A stretch of 64,000 bases of DNA from an uncultured Alphaproteobacteria bacterium (GTDB lineage: Bacteria; Pseudomonadota; Alphaproteobacteria; Sphingomonadales; Sphingomonadaceae). Positions within the stretch are counted from its first letter, which is position 1. Each line of letters begins with the position of its first letter. Below are positions 25,302-38,142 of this stretch, piece by piece. A program made the position numbers and the translations under genes. The stretch spans positions 7,091-71,090 of the forward strand of contig CAWGRB010000010.1 in assembly GCA_963824845.1 (NCBI GenBank), written 5' to 3'. The notes below the pieces were generated by a model. That model was given only the letters and a program-made list of their open reading frames with translations. It made no database searches and was not told the origin of the DNA.

Positions 25302-26730
25302 AACAGGCTTCCGGCGGCTTTGTCGGTCAGCGAGCCGAGCGGACCAATCAGCAGATAACCGAGAGGCGAGACGAGCAGCGCAGCGAGAAGGATCAGCGCG
25401 CCCTGGATCGGCTGGCGAACGCGGGCGTAGGCCGGCGCCGGCTCGTCCATGTACATGACCTTGACGATCTTAGGTAGTAATAAGCGCCGATCACCGCGCC
25501 GAGGATGCCGACCACGGCAAGGGCGATATAACCCTCACGCACGGCAGCGTTGAACACCAGCAGCTTGGGCCAGAAGCCGAACAGCGGCGGGACTCCGGCG
25601 AGGCTGAACATGAAGATCGCGAGAGCGGCAGCGAAGCCCGGGCGCGTTTGCGACAGGCCCGACAGGCTTTCGATGCTCTCTACCGGCTCGCCATCGGCAT
25701 CGCGCATCCACAGAACGCAAAGGAAAGCGCCGACCGTCATCACGACATAAACCGCCATGTAGAACAGCACGGCCGAGGCGCCCTGCGCTCCGCCCGCGGC
25801 GAGCCCGATCAATGCGAAGCCGACATTGTTGATCGAGGAATATGCGAGCAGCCGCTTGATGTTGGTCTGCCCGTAGGCGGCGATCGCGCCGACGAAGATC
25901 GACAGGAGCGCGGCGCAGATGACGATCTGCCGCCAGGCGTCGGTGGCGGGGCCGAGGGCATCGACGCAGACGCGGACGGCCAGCAGCACTCCGGCAACCT
26001 TCGGCGCGGAGGCGAAGAAGGTGGTGACCGGCGTCGGCGAGCCTTCGTAGACGTCGGGCGTCCACATGTGGAAGGGCACCGCGCTGATCTTGAAGGCGAG
26101 CCCGGCAAGAAGGAAGACGAGGCCGAACAGCAGCCCAAGTCCCGGCGCTCCGCGGCCGAATGCGGCGGCGACGCCGGCGAAGCTGGTGGTTCCGGTGAAC
26201 CCGTAGAGCAGCGAAATGCCGTAAAGCAGGATGCCGCTGGCGAGCGCGCCGAGAACGAAATACTTAAGCCCCGCCTCCGCCGAGCGCTCGTCGCTGCGCC
26301 GGTAGGATGCGAGGACGTAGCTCGCGAGGCTGAGCAGCTCGAGGCCGACGTAAAGGCTGATGAGGCTTGTCGCCGAGACCATCACGCTCATTCCAACGGC
26401 GCTGAACAGGATGAGCACGCCATATTCCGACGCATGCTCGGTGCCGCTCTCGAACCAGCCGTGGGCGGCGATGATCGAGACGGCCGCGGCAGGGAAGATG
26501 ATCGCCTTGCCGAAACTCGCGAACAGATCGGCGGACAGAAGCCCGTCGAAGATCGGGCCGGCGTGTGTCGGAGCGCCGATCAGGGCAACCGTAGCCGCGA
26601 CCAGAACCGCGACCGCGAGCCAGTTGGTCACGGTCGAGCCGCGCCGCCCTGCGAATGCAGCGACCAGCATCAACGCGATCGCGCCGACGCTGAGGATGAT
26701 CTCGGGAAGAAGCGGTGCGTACCGGTCCAT
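25298..26730 (-). CDS. nuoN: NADH-quinone oxidoreductase subunit N
   Basis: EAGLKYFVLG, FKISAVPFHMWTPDVYEG, NIKRLLAYSS; 3' frameshift. Confidence 0.97.
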
Positions 26731-28253
26731 CAGTGCGTCGCTCCATGGGACGCGTGCGCCGCGGCCGCGCCGAGAGTCAGGGGTGCGTCCGCATGCGGCG
26801 CGACCTTATCGAGGCGGGTCACGAGCAGGCCGACGTCGCTGCGCATCGGGCGCAGGAAGCTCTCCGGATAAATGCCCATCCACAGCACCGCCAGGGCGAT
26901 CGGCGCGAGAAGCCACCATTCGCGGATGCTGAGATCCGGCATGGCCGCGGCCTCCGCCGTCCGCGCCTCGCCGAAGCAAATACGCCAGTAGAGCCAAAGC
27001 ATGTAGGCGGCGCTGAGGATGATCCCCGTAGTGCCGGCGATGGCCGCCCAGGTGGAGGCTCCATAGGTGCCCAGCAGGCTCAGGAATTCACCGACGAAGC
27101 CGCTGGTGCCGGGAAGGCCGACGCTGGCCATGGTGAACAGCATGAACAGCAGCGCATAGCCCGGCATGTTGTTCGAAAGACCGCCGTAAACCGCAATCTC
27201 CTTGGTGTGCAGGCGGTCGTAAATGACGCCGACGACGAGGAACAGCGCGCCCGAGACGAGGCCGTGGCTGAGCATCACGATCATCGCGCCCTCGATGCCC
27301 TGTCGGTTCATCGCGAACAGGCCGAAGGTGACGAACGCCATGTGCGCGACCGACGAGTAAGCAATCAGCTTCTTCATGTCGCGCTGCACCAACGCGACAA
27401 GGCTCGTGTAGACGACCGCGATGCCCGACAGCGTGAAGATGAACGGCACGAACATCAGCGAGCCTTCGGGGAACATCGGCAGCGAGAAACGGACAAAGCC
27501 GTACCCGCCGAGCTTCAGGAGGACGCCGGCAAGGATCACCGAGCCCGCCGTCGGCGCCTGGACGTGAGCGTCCGGAAGCCAGGTGTGGACCGGCCACATG
27601 GGCAGCTTGACGGCGAAGCTCGCGAAGAAGGCCAGCCACAGCCACTTCTGCGCCTCGACCGGGAAATTGTACCCCATCAGCACCGGGATCGACGTCGTGT
27701 GCGCGGTCGCCACCATGTAGATGATGCCAATCAGCATCAGCACCGAGCCGAGGAAGGTGTAGAGGAAGAACTTGTAGCTCGCCTTGATACGCTCGGCGCC
27801 GCCCCAGACGCCGATGATCAGGTACATCGGGATGAGGCCGCCCTCGAAGAAGATGTAAAACAGGAACAGGTCCTGGGCGACGAACACGCCGAGCATCAGC
27901 GCTTCCATCAGCATGAAGGACGCCATGTATTCGGGGACGCGGGTCTGGATAGAGCGCCAGCTTGCGCCGATGCAGATCGGCATCAGGAAGGCGGTCAGCT
28001 GGATCAGCATCAGCGCGATCCCGTCGATGCCGAGGGCCCAGCCGACGCCGCCACCGATCGGCACGTTCTCGACGAACTGCCACTGCGCTCCGCCGGGAAC
28101 GAACGCCGCCCAGAGGTAGATGCCGAGCGCGAGGTCGATCAGCGTTCCGACCAGCGCGATCCAGCGCGCCGCTTCGGCCCGGACGAACAGGCACAGCAGG
28201 CCTGCGATCAGCGGGACGGCAATCAGCAGGGTGAGCACGGGGACGCCGCTCAT
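26730..28253 (-). CDS. nuoM: NADH-quinone oxidoreductase subunit M
   Basis: KLPMWPVHTWLPDAHVQAPT, LLKLGGYG, KKLIAYSSVAHM. Confidence 0.98.
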   Translation of the reverse strand: MSGVPVLTLLIAVPLIAGLLCLFVRAEAARWIALVGTLIDLALGIYLWAAFVPGGAQWQFVENVPIGGGVGWALGIDGIALMLIQLTAFLMPICIGASWRSIQTRVPEYMASFMLMEALMLGVFVAQDLFLFYIFFEGGLIPMYLIIGVWGGAERIKASYKFFLYTFLGSVLMLIGIIYMVATAHTTSIPVLMGYNFPVEAQKWLWLAFFASFAVKLPMWPVHTWLPDAHVQAPTAGSVILAGVLLKLGGYGFVRFSLPMFPEGSLMFVPFIFTLSGIAVVYTSLVALVQRDMKKLIAYSSVAHMAFVTFGLFAMNRQGIEGAMIVMLSHGLVSGALFLVVGVIYDRLHTKEIAVYGGLSNNMPGYALLFMLFTMASVGLPGTSGFVGEFLSLLGTYGASTWAAIAGTTGIILSAAYMLWLYWRICFGEARTAEAAAMPDLSIREWWLLAPIALAVLWMGIYPESFLRPMRSDVGLLVTRLDKVAPHADAPLTLGAAAAHASHGATH

Positions 28254-30506
28254 CGAGCCCACCAGATGGCCCAGGTCGCCGCGCCGATGAGGCCGAGCAT
28301 CATGACGAGCGCATAGGAATAGACGTAGCCCGACTGGACCCGCGCAGCGATGCGGTTGCCGACGGAGACGGCGAACGCAGCGCCGTGGGGTCCGAAGCGG
28401 TCGATCGTCTTCTCGTCACCGCGATGCCAGAACAAGCGGCCGAGCCAGATCGCCGGGCGGACGAAAATGCGATCGTAGATTTCGTCGAAATACCATTTGT
28501 TGAACACGAACCGGTGCACCGCCGGGAAGGTGCGCACGAAGGCGCCGGCGGCCGACGGATCGCGGATGTAGTTGTTCCAGGCGATCCACAGCCCGATCAG
28601 CATGGCGATCGTCGGCGTGAACTTCGCCCAGGCGGCGATCCCCTCGCGGCCCTCGGCGAGATGCTTGGTGAACGCGACCGCTCCGCGCCAGAAATCGGGC
28701 GCGCGCTCGGCATCGGTGAAGATGCCGTGGAATATCTGGCCCGCGAACACGGCGCCGACCGCGAGCAGAACGATCGGCACAAGCATCGTCCAGGGGCTTT
28801 CATGGGGATGATAACCGGCTGTTCCTTCCGGCGGAGTCGCCGTGCTGTGGGCGCTGTCGCCATGCTCGGCATAAAAGGGGCGAGCGGGGAGCTTGGCCCA
28901 CGCCGCGATGGCCTCCCGGCTGGAGGTGTTGCTGAACGCCACGGCCGCGAGAATCCGGCGCGGATGGGTGTGAATATCGTGGAGATTTGGCGAAGACCGC
29001 GCCAATCGCAGAAGGCCGATCGGGATGAGATCGTAGCGGGCTTTGTGGGATGATAGGGGGTGTGGAGGATGGGGAGGGGGGGCCGGGATGATCGTGATGG
29101 TCGCCGTGCACCGCGTGCTGGATGTGCTCGGAGGCGGCCCAGCGCGGCTTGCCGTAGAAGGTCATGAAGATCAGCCGCCAGCTGTAGAAGCTGGTCAGCA
29201 GAGCGGCGATCGAGCCCAGCCAGAAGGCGATGGTTCCCGACACCGACCCGCTCGCCCACGCGCTCTCGATGATCGCGTCCTTCGACCAGAAACCGGCAAA
29301 GCCGAAGCCTGGCACACCGACGCCGGTGATCGCCAGCGTCCCCGCGATCATCACCCAGAAGGTGATCGGGATCTGCTTCCGAAGAGCGCCGTAGTAGCGC
29401 ATGTCCTGCTCGTGGTGCATCGCGTGGATGACGCTTCCGGCGCCGAGGAACAGCAGCGCCTTGAAGAAGGCGTGCGTGAAGAGGTGGAACATCGCCGCGC
29501 CGTAAGCGCCGACGCCAGCCGCGAAGAACATGTAACCGAGCTGGGAGCAGGTCGAATAGGCGATCACGCGCTTGATGTCGGTCTGCGCCGTGCCGATCGT
29601 CGCCGCGAAGAAGCAGGTGATGGCGCCGACCCAGGTGACGACGTGCATCGCCGTCGGGCTGGTGTTGAACATCGGCGACAGCCGGCAGACCATGAACACG
29701 CCGGCGGTGACCATGGTCGCGGCGTGGATGAGGGCGCTGACCGGCGTCGGGCCCTCCATCGCGTCGGGAAGCCAGGTGTGGAGGCCGATCTGCGCCGACT
29801 TGCCCATCGCTCCCACGAACAGCAGCAGGCAGAGCAATGTCATGGTGCCGACGTGCATTCCGGCAAAACCGATGGTCGCGCCCGCCATGTGCGGCGCCGC
29901 GGCGAGGATCGCCGGGATGGAAACGGTGCCGAACACCAGGAAGGTGCCGAAGATGCCGAGGCTGAACCCGAAATCGCCGACGCGGTTGACGACGAAGGCC
30001 TTGATCGCGGCGGCGTTGGCCGAGGGCTTGTAGTACCAGAAGCCGATCAGAAGGTAGGAGGCGAGGCCGACCCCTTCCCAGCCGAAGAACATCTGCACCA
30101 GGCTGTCGGCCGTCACCAGCATCAGCATCGCGAAGCTGAACAGCGACAGATAAGCGAAGAACCGCGGCTGGCTCGGGTCCTCCTCCATATATCCCCAGCT
30201 GTAGATGTGGACGAGGCTGGAGACGCTGGTGACGACGACAAGCATCACCGCGGTCAGGCTATCGAGGCGAAGCGCCCAGTCGACCTTGAGGTCGCCGGAG
30301 TGAATCCAGTCGAGCACCGGAACCACCATCGGCTGCGCGTTGCCGGCGATGTAGTGGAGGAAGATCGGCCAGCTGAGGATCGCGCCGATGATCAGCGCGC
30401 CGGTAGTCACAGCCTTGGCGGCGGTCTTGCCGATCCAGCGGCCGCCGAGCCCGGCGACGATCGCCGCCAGCAGCGGCAGGAAGACGATGAAGACGAGAGG
30501 ATGCAT
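28250..30506 (-). CDS. nuoL: NADH-quinone oxidoreductase subunit L (interrupted by a garbled duplicated segment)
   Basis: [51 protein letters not shown]. Confidence 0.97.
28880..29085. repeat. degenerate direct duplicate of about 28610-28815 inside nuoL
   Basis: Collinear similarity, e.g. [19 protein letters not shown] vs [21 protein letters not shown]; gggctttgtgggatgata vs ggggctttcatggggatgata. Confidence 0.7.
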
Positions 30507-30811
30507 CAGCCGCGCATCCTGGTTGCCGCGTCGACCGCGATCGAGCCGCGGTGGCGGAAGAAGATGACGAGAATGGCGAGGCCGATCGCGGCTTCCGCGG
30601 CGGCGACGGTGAGGACGAACATCGCCAGCACCTGCCCGGTCAGGTCACCGAGATAAGCCGAGAAGGCGACGAGGTTGATGTTCACCGCGAGCAGGATCAG
30701 CTCGATCGCCATCAGGATCAGGATGATGTTGCGGCGGTTGAGGAAGATTCCGAGCACTCCGATCGTGAACAGGATCGCGGCCACGGTGAGATAGTGCGCC
30801 AAGCCGATCAC
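30506..30811 (-). CDS. nuoK: NADH-quinone oxidoreductase subunit K
   Basis: [34 protein letters not shown]. Confidence 0.97.
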   Translation of the reverse strand: MIGLAHYLTVAAILFTIGVLGIFLNRRNIILILMAIELILLAVNINLVAFSAYLGDLTGQVLAMFVLTVAAAEAAIGLAILVIFFRHRGSIAVDAATRMRG

Positions 30812-31414
30812 AGGCTCATTCCTTCGCCGACTCCGGGCTTGGTGTTGCGCACCGCCTGCCACGGGCGGCGGGCAATCTGCTTGGGGATCCGTCTGCCCGC
30901 GGGTGTCGCGGCGCTGGCGGTGGGTGAGGACGATGGCGCCGATCATCGCCACCAGCAGAATGAGGCCGGCGATCTCGAACGGAAGCAGGTAGCGGCTGTA
31001 GAGAAGCGCTCCGATGGCGACGATGTTGGGCTGGGTCGTCGCCGCGACGTGCGCGCCGCTGAGCACGGGACCCGCCTCCGAGGCGCTGACGGCAACGACG
31101 ATCTCGGCGAGCAGAACCAGCGCGATGATGATTCCGAACGGCAGGTTCTTGGTGAAGCCCGACCGCAGCGACGCGAAGTCGATGTCGAGCATCATGACGA
31201 CGAACAGGAACAGCACCGCGACCGCGCCGACATAGACGATGACCAGGAGCATCGCGATGAACTCGGCGCCGAGCAGAAGCATCAGCCCCGCCGCGTTGAA
31301 GAAGGCGAGGATCAGCCACAGCACGCTGTGCACCGGGTTGCGGGCGAAGATCACCGCAATCGCCGGCAGGATCGTGAGCGCTGCGAACAGGTAAAAGGCG
31401 ATCGCTGCGATCAT
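30808..31414 (-). CDS. nuoJ: NADH-quinone oxidoreductase subunit J
   Basis: [37 protein letters not shown]; 3' indel. Confidence 0.97.
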
Positions 31415-31536
31415 CCCGCCACCGCCGCGACAACATTCGTCACCCCCGCGAAGGCGGGAGCCCAGCCGAACCAAAAAACTGGGTTCCCGCTTTCGCGGGA
31501 ATGACGATGAGAGGTCAACGGAAGGCCCTGTTTCAC
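31411..31536 (-). other. putative 41-codon bridge ORF across the REP-like element ([41 protein letters not shown])
   Basis: GTG 15 nt after, and in frame with, the nuoI TAG; its TGA overlaps the nuoJ ATG (ATGA). Confidence 0.4.
31438..31506. repeat. REP-like palindromic element (CGTCA-CCCGCG family) between nuoI and nuoJ
   Basis: cgtcacccccgcgaaggcgggagcccag ... ctgggttcccgctttcgcgggaatgacg: long inverted repeat, each arm itself a hairpin. Confidence 0.9.
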
Positions 31537-31551
31537 GAAGCTGCGCGCCGC

Positions 31552-32031
31552 CTACCGATACGGCGCATCGGCGGCAAGGTTCGCGGCGATCGCGGACTCC
31601 CACTTGTCGCCGTTGGCGAGCAATTTCGCCTTGTCGTAGAGCAGCTCCTCGCGGGTTTCTGTCGCGAATTCGAGGTTCGGCCCCTCGACGATGGCATCGA
31701 CCGGGCAGGCTTCCTGGCAAAGCCCGCAATAGATGCACTTGACCATGTCGATGTCGTAGCGGGTGGTGCGGCGGCTGCCGTCCTCGCGCGGCTCGGCTTC
31801 GATGGTGATCGCAAGCGCCGGGCAGATCGCCTCGCACAGCTTGCAGGCGATGCAGCGCTCTTCGCCATTGGGATAGCGGCGAAGCGCATGCTCACCGCGG
31901 AAGCGCGGAGAGGTCGGCACCTTCTCGTACGGATAATTGATCGTGGCTTTCGGCTTGAAGAAATACTTCAGCGTCAGCCAGTGCGCCTGGATGAAGTCCC
32001 AAAGGACGAAGGATTTGAGCCAGGCGATCAT
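31552..32031 (-). CDS. nuoI: NADH-quinone oxidoreductase subunit I
   Basis: [12 protein letters not shown] and [12 protein letters not shown] 4Fe-4S motifs. Confidence 0.98.
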   Translation of the reverse strand: MIAWLKSFVLWDFIQAHWLTLKYFFKPKATINYPYEKVPTSPRFRGEHALRRYPNGEERCIACKLCEAICPALAITIEAEPREDGSRRTTRYDIDMVKCIYCGLCQEACPVDAIVEGPNLEFATETREELLYDKAKLLANGDKWESAIAANLAADAPYR

Positions 32032-33081
32032 GCGCCGGCTCCGAAACGCGTCAGCATCAGCCATCCGGAGACGAGGAAAACGAAGACCAGGCTCAGCGGC
32101 AGGAAGACCTTCCAGCCGAGCCGCATGAGCTGGTCGTAGCGGTAGCGCGGGACGGTCGCCTTCACCCAGCTGAACACGAAGAAGAAAAAGCCCATCTTCA
32201 GGAACAGCCAGATGATGCCGGGAATCCAGTAGAGCGGCGCCCAATTCACCGGCGGCAGCCATCCGCCCCAGAACAGGATGGAATTGAGCGCGCACATCAG
32301 GATGACGTTGGCATATTCGCCGAGCCAGAAGAGCGCGAAGCTCATCGAGGAATATTCGGTCTGGTGCCCGGCGACGAGCTCGCTTTCCGCCTCGACGAGG
32401 TCGAACGGTGTGCGGAACGTCTCGGCCATCGAGCTGATCAGGAACACGATCGACATCGGGAACAGCAGCAGGTTGAACCCGAAGCGCATTGACGATGCCG
32501 AGGCCGAAGCCGGTCTGCATCAGCACGATTCCGGAAAGATTGAAGGTACCGGCGTAGAGCACGACGCAGATCAGCACGAAGCCGATCGACACCTCGTAGC
32601 TGACCATCTGCGCGGCCGCGCGGAGGGCCGAGAAGAACGGATATTTGGAGTTGGATGCCCAGCCGGCGACGATCACCCCGTAGACGCCGAGCGAACTTGC
32701 CGCGAGCACGTAGAGCAGCCCGACATTGACGTCCGCGAGCACGACGCCCGGCTGGAACGGCACCACCGCCCACACGATCAGCGCCACCGTGAAGGTGACG
32801 ATCGGCGCGATCAGGAACAGGCCCTTGTTGGCGCTTGTCGGGATGATGGTTTCCTTGAGGAAGACCTTCAGCCCGTCGGCGAAGCTTTGCAGAAGGCCCC
32901 ACGGGCCGACCACGTTGGGGCCGCGGCGAAGTGCCATCGCCGCCCAGATCTTGCGGTCGGCATAAATGATCATCGCCACCGCCAGCATCAGCGGCAGGGC
33001 AATGACGAGGATGCCGATGATCGTGGCGAGGAACCAGGCCCAGCCGTAGATCATGCCGTGAGAGACGAAGAAATCGGTCAC
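32028..33081 (-). CDS. nuoH: NADH-quinone oxidoreductase subunit H (frameshifted)
   Basis: [56 protein letters not shown]. Confidence 0.97.
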
Positions 33082-35090
33082 TCCGCCGCCTCCTCGAAGG
33101 CGGCGCCCTGGACCAGCTCTTCGGAGCAGCGGTGCATGGTCGGGCTGGCGCGGCAGATGGCGTTGGTCAGGTAGAAGTCCTTGATCGCGTAGCCGACCTT
33201 GCCGTCCGTCTTGGCGGCGAGTTTCGGCGGCGACCACGGCAGGTCAATCAGACCGTCGCGGCCGAGCTCGGGATGGTCGGCGATCATGGCGGCGTGGAGC
33301 TGGTCGAAGCTGTCGAACGGCAACGGGGAGCCGAGGAGGCCCGAGACCGCACGCAGGATCGCCCAATCCTCCCGCGCTTCGCCCGGAGCGAAGGCAGCCT
33401 TCTCGCTGCGCTGCACGCGGCCCTCGGTGTTGACGTAGGTGCCGTGCTTCTCGGCGTAGGTGGCGCCCGGCAGGACCAGGTCGGCCTGCTTCGCACCATT
33501 GTCGCCGTGGTGGCCGATATAGACCTTGTAGGCGCCGCCGAAGCGGTCCGGCGCAACTTCGTCGGCGCCGAGCAGGAGAACGACCTCGGGCGATGCGGCT
33601 TCGATGTCGGCAATGCCGCCGGGCTTGCGCATAGCCGAGCACCAGCGATGCCATGCGCGACGCCGAGGTATGAAGGACGTTGAAGCCGTTCCAGCCTTCT
33701 TTCATCAGACCGAGCGGACCGACGAGCGCCAGCGAGGCGCCGAGCGCTCCGGCACCGAGCGCGCCCGGTCCGACGATCACGGCAGGACGCTCCGCCGCGG
33801 CGAATGCGTCCATTACCTGCTTGGGCAGCTTGCCGAGCAGCTTGAGATCATCCCCCAGCCACTCGACCTTCATTCCGAGATCGACCTCGGGCCCGAGGCC
33901 AAACACCTTGCCGCCCTTGCGCGCGACCTTGCGGACGCGGGTGGCGATCAGCGGCGCTTCCCAGCGGATGTTCGAGCCGACGAGCAGGACCACGTCGGCG
34001 CTTTCGATCCCGGCAATCGTCGAGTTGAACGCGACCGCCGCCATGCTCGTGCAGTCGTAGGTCAGGCCGGTCTGCCGCCCTTCGAGCAGGTCGGAGCCCT
34101 GGGCAGCAAGCAGCGCCTTGGCGGCATACATGGTCTCGGCGTCGAGCAGGTCGCCGGCGATCGCCGCGACCTTCGGTCCGGCCTTCTTCAGCTTCTTTGC
34201 GAAGACCTGGATCGCCTCTTGCCAGCTCGCCTCGCGCAGCTTGCCCTTGTCGCGCAGCCACGGCCGGTCGAGGCGGTTGCGGACCAGCGCATCGACGTGG
34301 TGGCGCGTCTTGTCGTGGATCCACTCCTCGTTCACGTCCTCGTTGATCCGCGGCAGGATGCGCATCACCTGGCGCTGGCGAACGTCGATGCGGATGTTCG
34401 AGCCGACCGCGTCCATGACGTCGATGTCCGGGCACGCGCTTCAGCTCCCACGGGCGCTGCTCGAACAGCTGCGGCTTCTGCAGGAGCGCCCCGACCGGGC
34501 AGACGTCGGCGAGGTTGCCCGCAAGCTCGGTCGTCACCGTCTCTTCGAGGTACGAGGTGATCTGGCTGTCCTCGCCGCGGTAGAGCATGCCGATCTGCGG
34601 CGTCCCGGCCACTTCGTCGGCAAAGCGGATGCAGCGCGTGCACTGGATGCAGCGGGTCATCGAGGTCTTGATGATCGGGCCCATGTACTTGTCGTCGACC
34701 GCCCGCTTGTTCTCCTCGAACCGCGAGCCCGAGCGGCCATAGGCGACCGCCTGGTCCTGCAGGTCGCACTCGCCGCCCTGGTCGCAGATCGGGCAGTCCA
34801 GCGGGTGGTTGATGAGCAGGAACTCCATCACCCCTTCGCGGGCCTTCTTGACCATCGCGCTATCTGTGCGGATCGTCTGGCCATCGGCGGCGGGCAGAGC
34901 GCAGCTCGCCTGCGGCTTGGGCGGCCCCGGCAGCGACCTCGACCAGGCACATGCGGCAATTGCCGGCGATCGACAGCCGCTCGTGGTAGCAGAAGCGCGG
35001 GATCTCCTTGCCGGCAAGCTCGCACGCCTGCAGCACGGTCGCGCCCTGCGGGACCTCGAGCTCGATGCCGTCGACGGTGACTTTAGGCAT
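33078..35090 (-). CDS. nuoG: NADH-quinone oxidoreductase subunit G (frameshifted)
   Basis: [45 protein letters not shown]. Confidence 0.97.
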
Positions 35091-35731
35091 TATTTGGCCG
35101 TCTCCGCGGCTGGCGCCAGCGACAGCGCCGGATTGTGGACCCGCTGGTAGAGGGCGTCGGCAAGCGCCGCCCGAAGCGCCGGGCGGCTGGCGTCGAGGCG
35201 CACGCCCGCGGACAGGCACTTGGTCAGCGATGCCGGCATGCTGCCCATCCAGCTATTCTCGTCCCAGCTTCCGGGCGCGGTCCGGATGAGGCCCATGATG
35301 GCGGCGGGATCGGTGTCGGCCATGCAGGCGGCCATTTCATCGACCGCCGGGTGACGGCCGGTCGCCGCGAACCAGGGGCGGAGGTAACGCTTCTGCTGAA
35401 GCGGAAGCGGCTGCAGCGCGGCGGCGCGCGGGTCCGCGAGGAGCGCCTTTTCCGCAAAATGGCCGCGCAGCGCGCCGATGGAAACCGCCGCGTCCTGCGG
35501 CTGGTACGACCCCGTGAACACGCGCGAGAAGCAGTAATCGTTGTGCGCGAGGTCGCGATAGGGATCGCTTGCCGCGGCGGCCGTCTGGGCGTTGAGCAGC
35601 TCCGCCGCCTGACGCGGTCGGGCCTTGGCGACGCAGGCTGCATAGGCCTGCGCGTCGGACGCAGCCGCCGCCGGCGTGGCAGCCATGATCGCGGCTGCGC
35701 CAACCGCAGCCAGAGTGAACACTCGCATCAT
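35090..35731 (-). CDS. secreted hypothetical protein inserted between nuoF and nuoG
   Basis: Signal peptide; intact 213-aa ORF with 4 Cys in two similar halves; overlaps both neighbours. Confidence 0.8.
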   Translation of the reverse strand: MMRVFTLAAVGAAAIMAATPAAAASDAQAYAACVAKARPRQAAELLNAQTAAAASDPYRDLAHNDYCFSRVFTGSYQPQDAAVSIGALRGHFAEKALLADPRAAALQPLPLQQKRYLRPWFAATGRHPAVDEMAACMADTDPAAIMGLIRTAPGSWDENSWMGSMPASLTKCLSAGVRLDASRPALRAALADALYQRVHNPALSLAPAAETAK

Positions 35732-35864
35732 TGCTCGTCCCCCTCCTTCTTGCGCTCGATCGTCCGTTCGATGTGCGTCACCCGCGGGCCGCGCCGGCGT
35801 AATCCGCCAACAGCGATCACGAGGATAATGACGATCGCGATGATGAAGATGATCGCAGTCGTGT

Positions 35865-35868
<4 letters not shown>
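35728..35868 (-). CDS. small single-TM protein (46 aa) in nuo operon
   Basis: [50 protein letters not shown] overlap with nuoF, GGAGG SD. Confidence 0.75.
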
Positions 35869-37179
<1,311 letters not shown>

Positions 37180-37180
<1 letters not shown>

Positions 37181-37326
37181 TATCTGAGCCTCTTCATGCC
37201 GAGCTTGTTCTGCGCGAACATGATGATCGCGACCGCGATGGCGACGATGATCGCGATCTTGAGCAGCTTCAGCAGCAGCCCGATCAGAAGCACGGCAACG
37301 ATGACGGCGATGACGATGCCGATCAT
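37180..37326 (-). CDS. small hydrophobic membrane protein (48 aa) between nuoE and nuoF
   Basis: [53 protein letters not shown] overlap with nuoF. Confidence 0.8.
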
Positions 37327-37451
37327 GCCCTGCGCTCCCAATCCCGCTCGTCCTGAGCGGAGCGAAGCGCAGTCGAAGGGCGCCTTGCAGCAGTAGTCCA
37401 ACGCCCTTCGACAAGCTCAGGACGAACGGAGGTGGGGATCAGCGTCTTCAC
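37323..37451 (-). other. putative 42-codon bridge ORF ([42 protein letters not shown])
   Basis: GTG overlaps the nuoE stop (GTGA) with GGAGG upstream; TGA overlaps the next ATG (ATGA). Confidence 0.5.
37344..37429. repeat. REP-like palindromic element (GTCCTGAGC...TCGAAGGG family), copy 1
   Basis: ccgctcgtcctgagc...gtcgaagggcg paired with cgcccttcgac..gctcaggacgaacgg. Confidence 0.9.
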
Positions 37452-38142
37452 TGTCCGCCCTCCCCGGCAGTGGCCGTCCATTGCGGGCGGTAGTCGTAGT
37501 TGCGCTCCGCCATTTTCTTGAGCGTGGTCGGGCCGCCGACCGGAGCGCTCGTCTGGCGATCGATCTGCGGGCCGGGCTTGGGCGTCTCGCCCGCGAGCGA
37601 GCGCATCGAGGATCGCGGTCATGCTCTCGGCCGTCAGGTCCTCGTAATTGTGATCATTGATCTGGACCATCGGCGCGTTGGCGCAGGCGCCGAGGCACTC
37701 GACCTCGGTCAGCGTGAACAGCCCGTCCTCGGTCGTGTGGCCCTTCTTGAGCCCGCGCTTGTAGCAGGCGTCGAACACATCGTCCGAGCCGCGCAGCATG
37801 CACGGCGTCGTCCCGCACACCTGGACGTGAAAGCGGCCGACCGGCGCCAGGTTGAACATGGTGTAGAAGGTCGCGACCTCCAGCACCTGGACGTAGGGCA
37901 TGTCGATCTGCTTGCCCGACGAACTCCATCACCGGGATCGGCAGCCAGCCTTGCGTATTCGTCTCCGCGCCGACCTGCCGCTGGGCGAGGTCGAGCAGCG
38001 GGATCGACGCCGACATCTGCCGCCCCTCGGGATAGCGCGCGATGATCTCCGCCGCCGAACGCGCGTTCTCGTCCGTCCACTGGAAATTCCCCCAGCGGGC
38101 GCGCTGCTCGGGGCTATCTAGGATGCCTGCCTGGCCGGCCAT
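37448..38142 (-). CDS. nuoE: NADH-quinone oxidoreductase subunit E (frameshifted)
   Basis: [33 protein letters not shown]. Confidence 0.97.

Noticed and set aside
30506..33237. Apparent NuoJ-K and NuoH-I fusions
   Set aside because: Each is explained by an indel plus normal 4-nt overlaps; separate starts and stops are visible.
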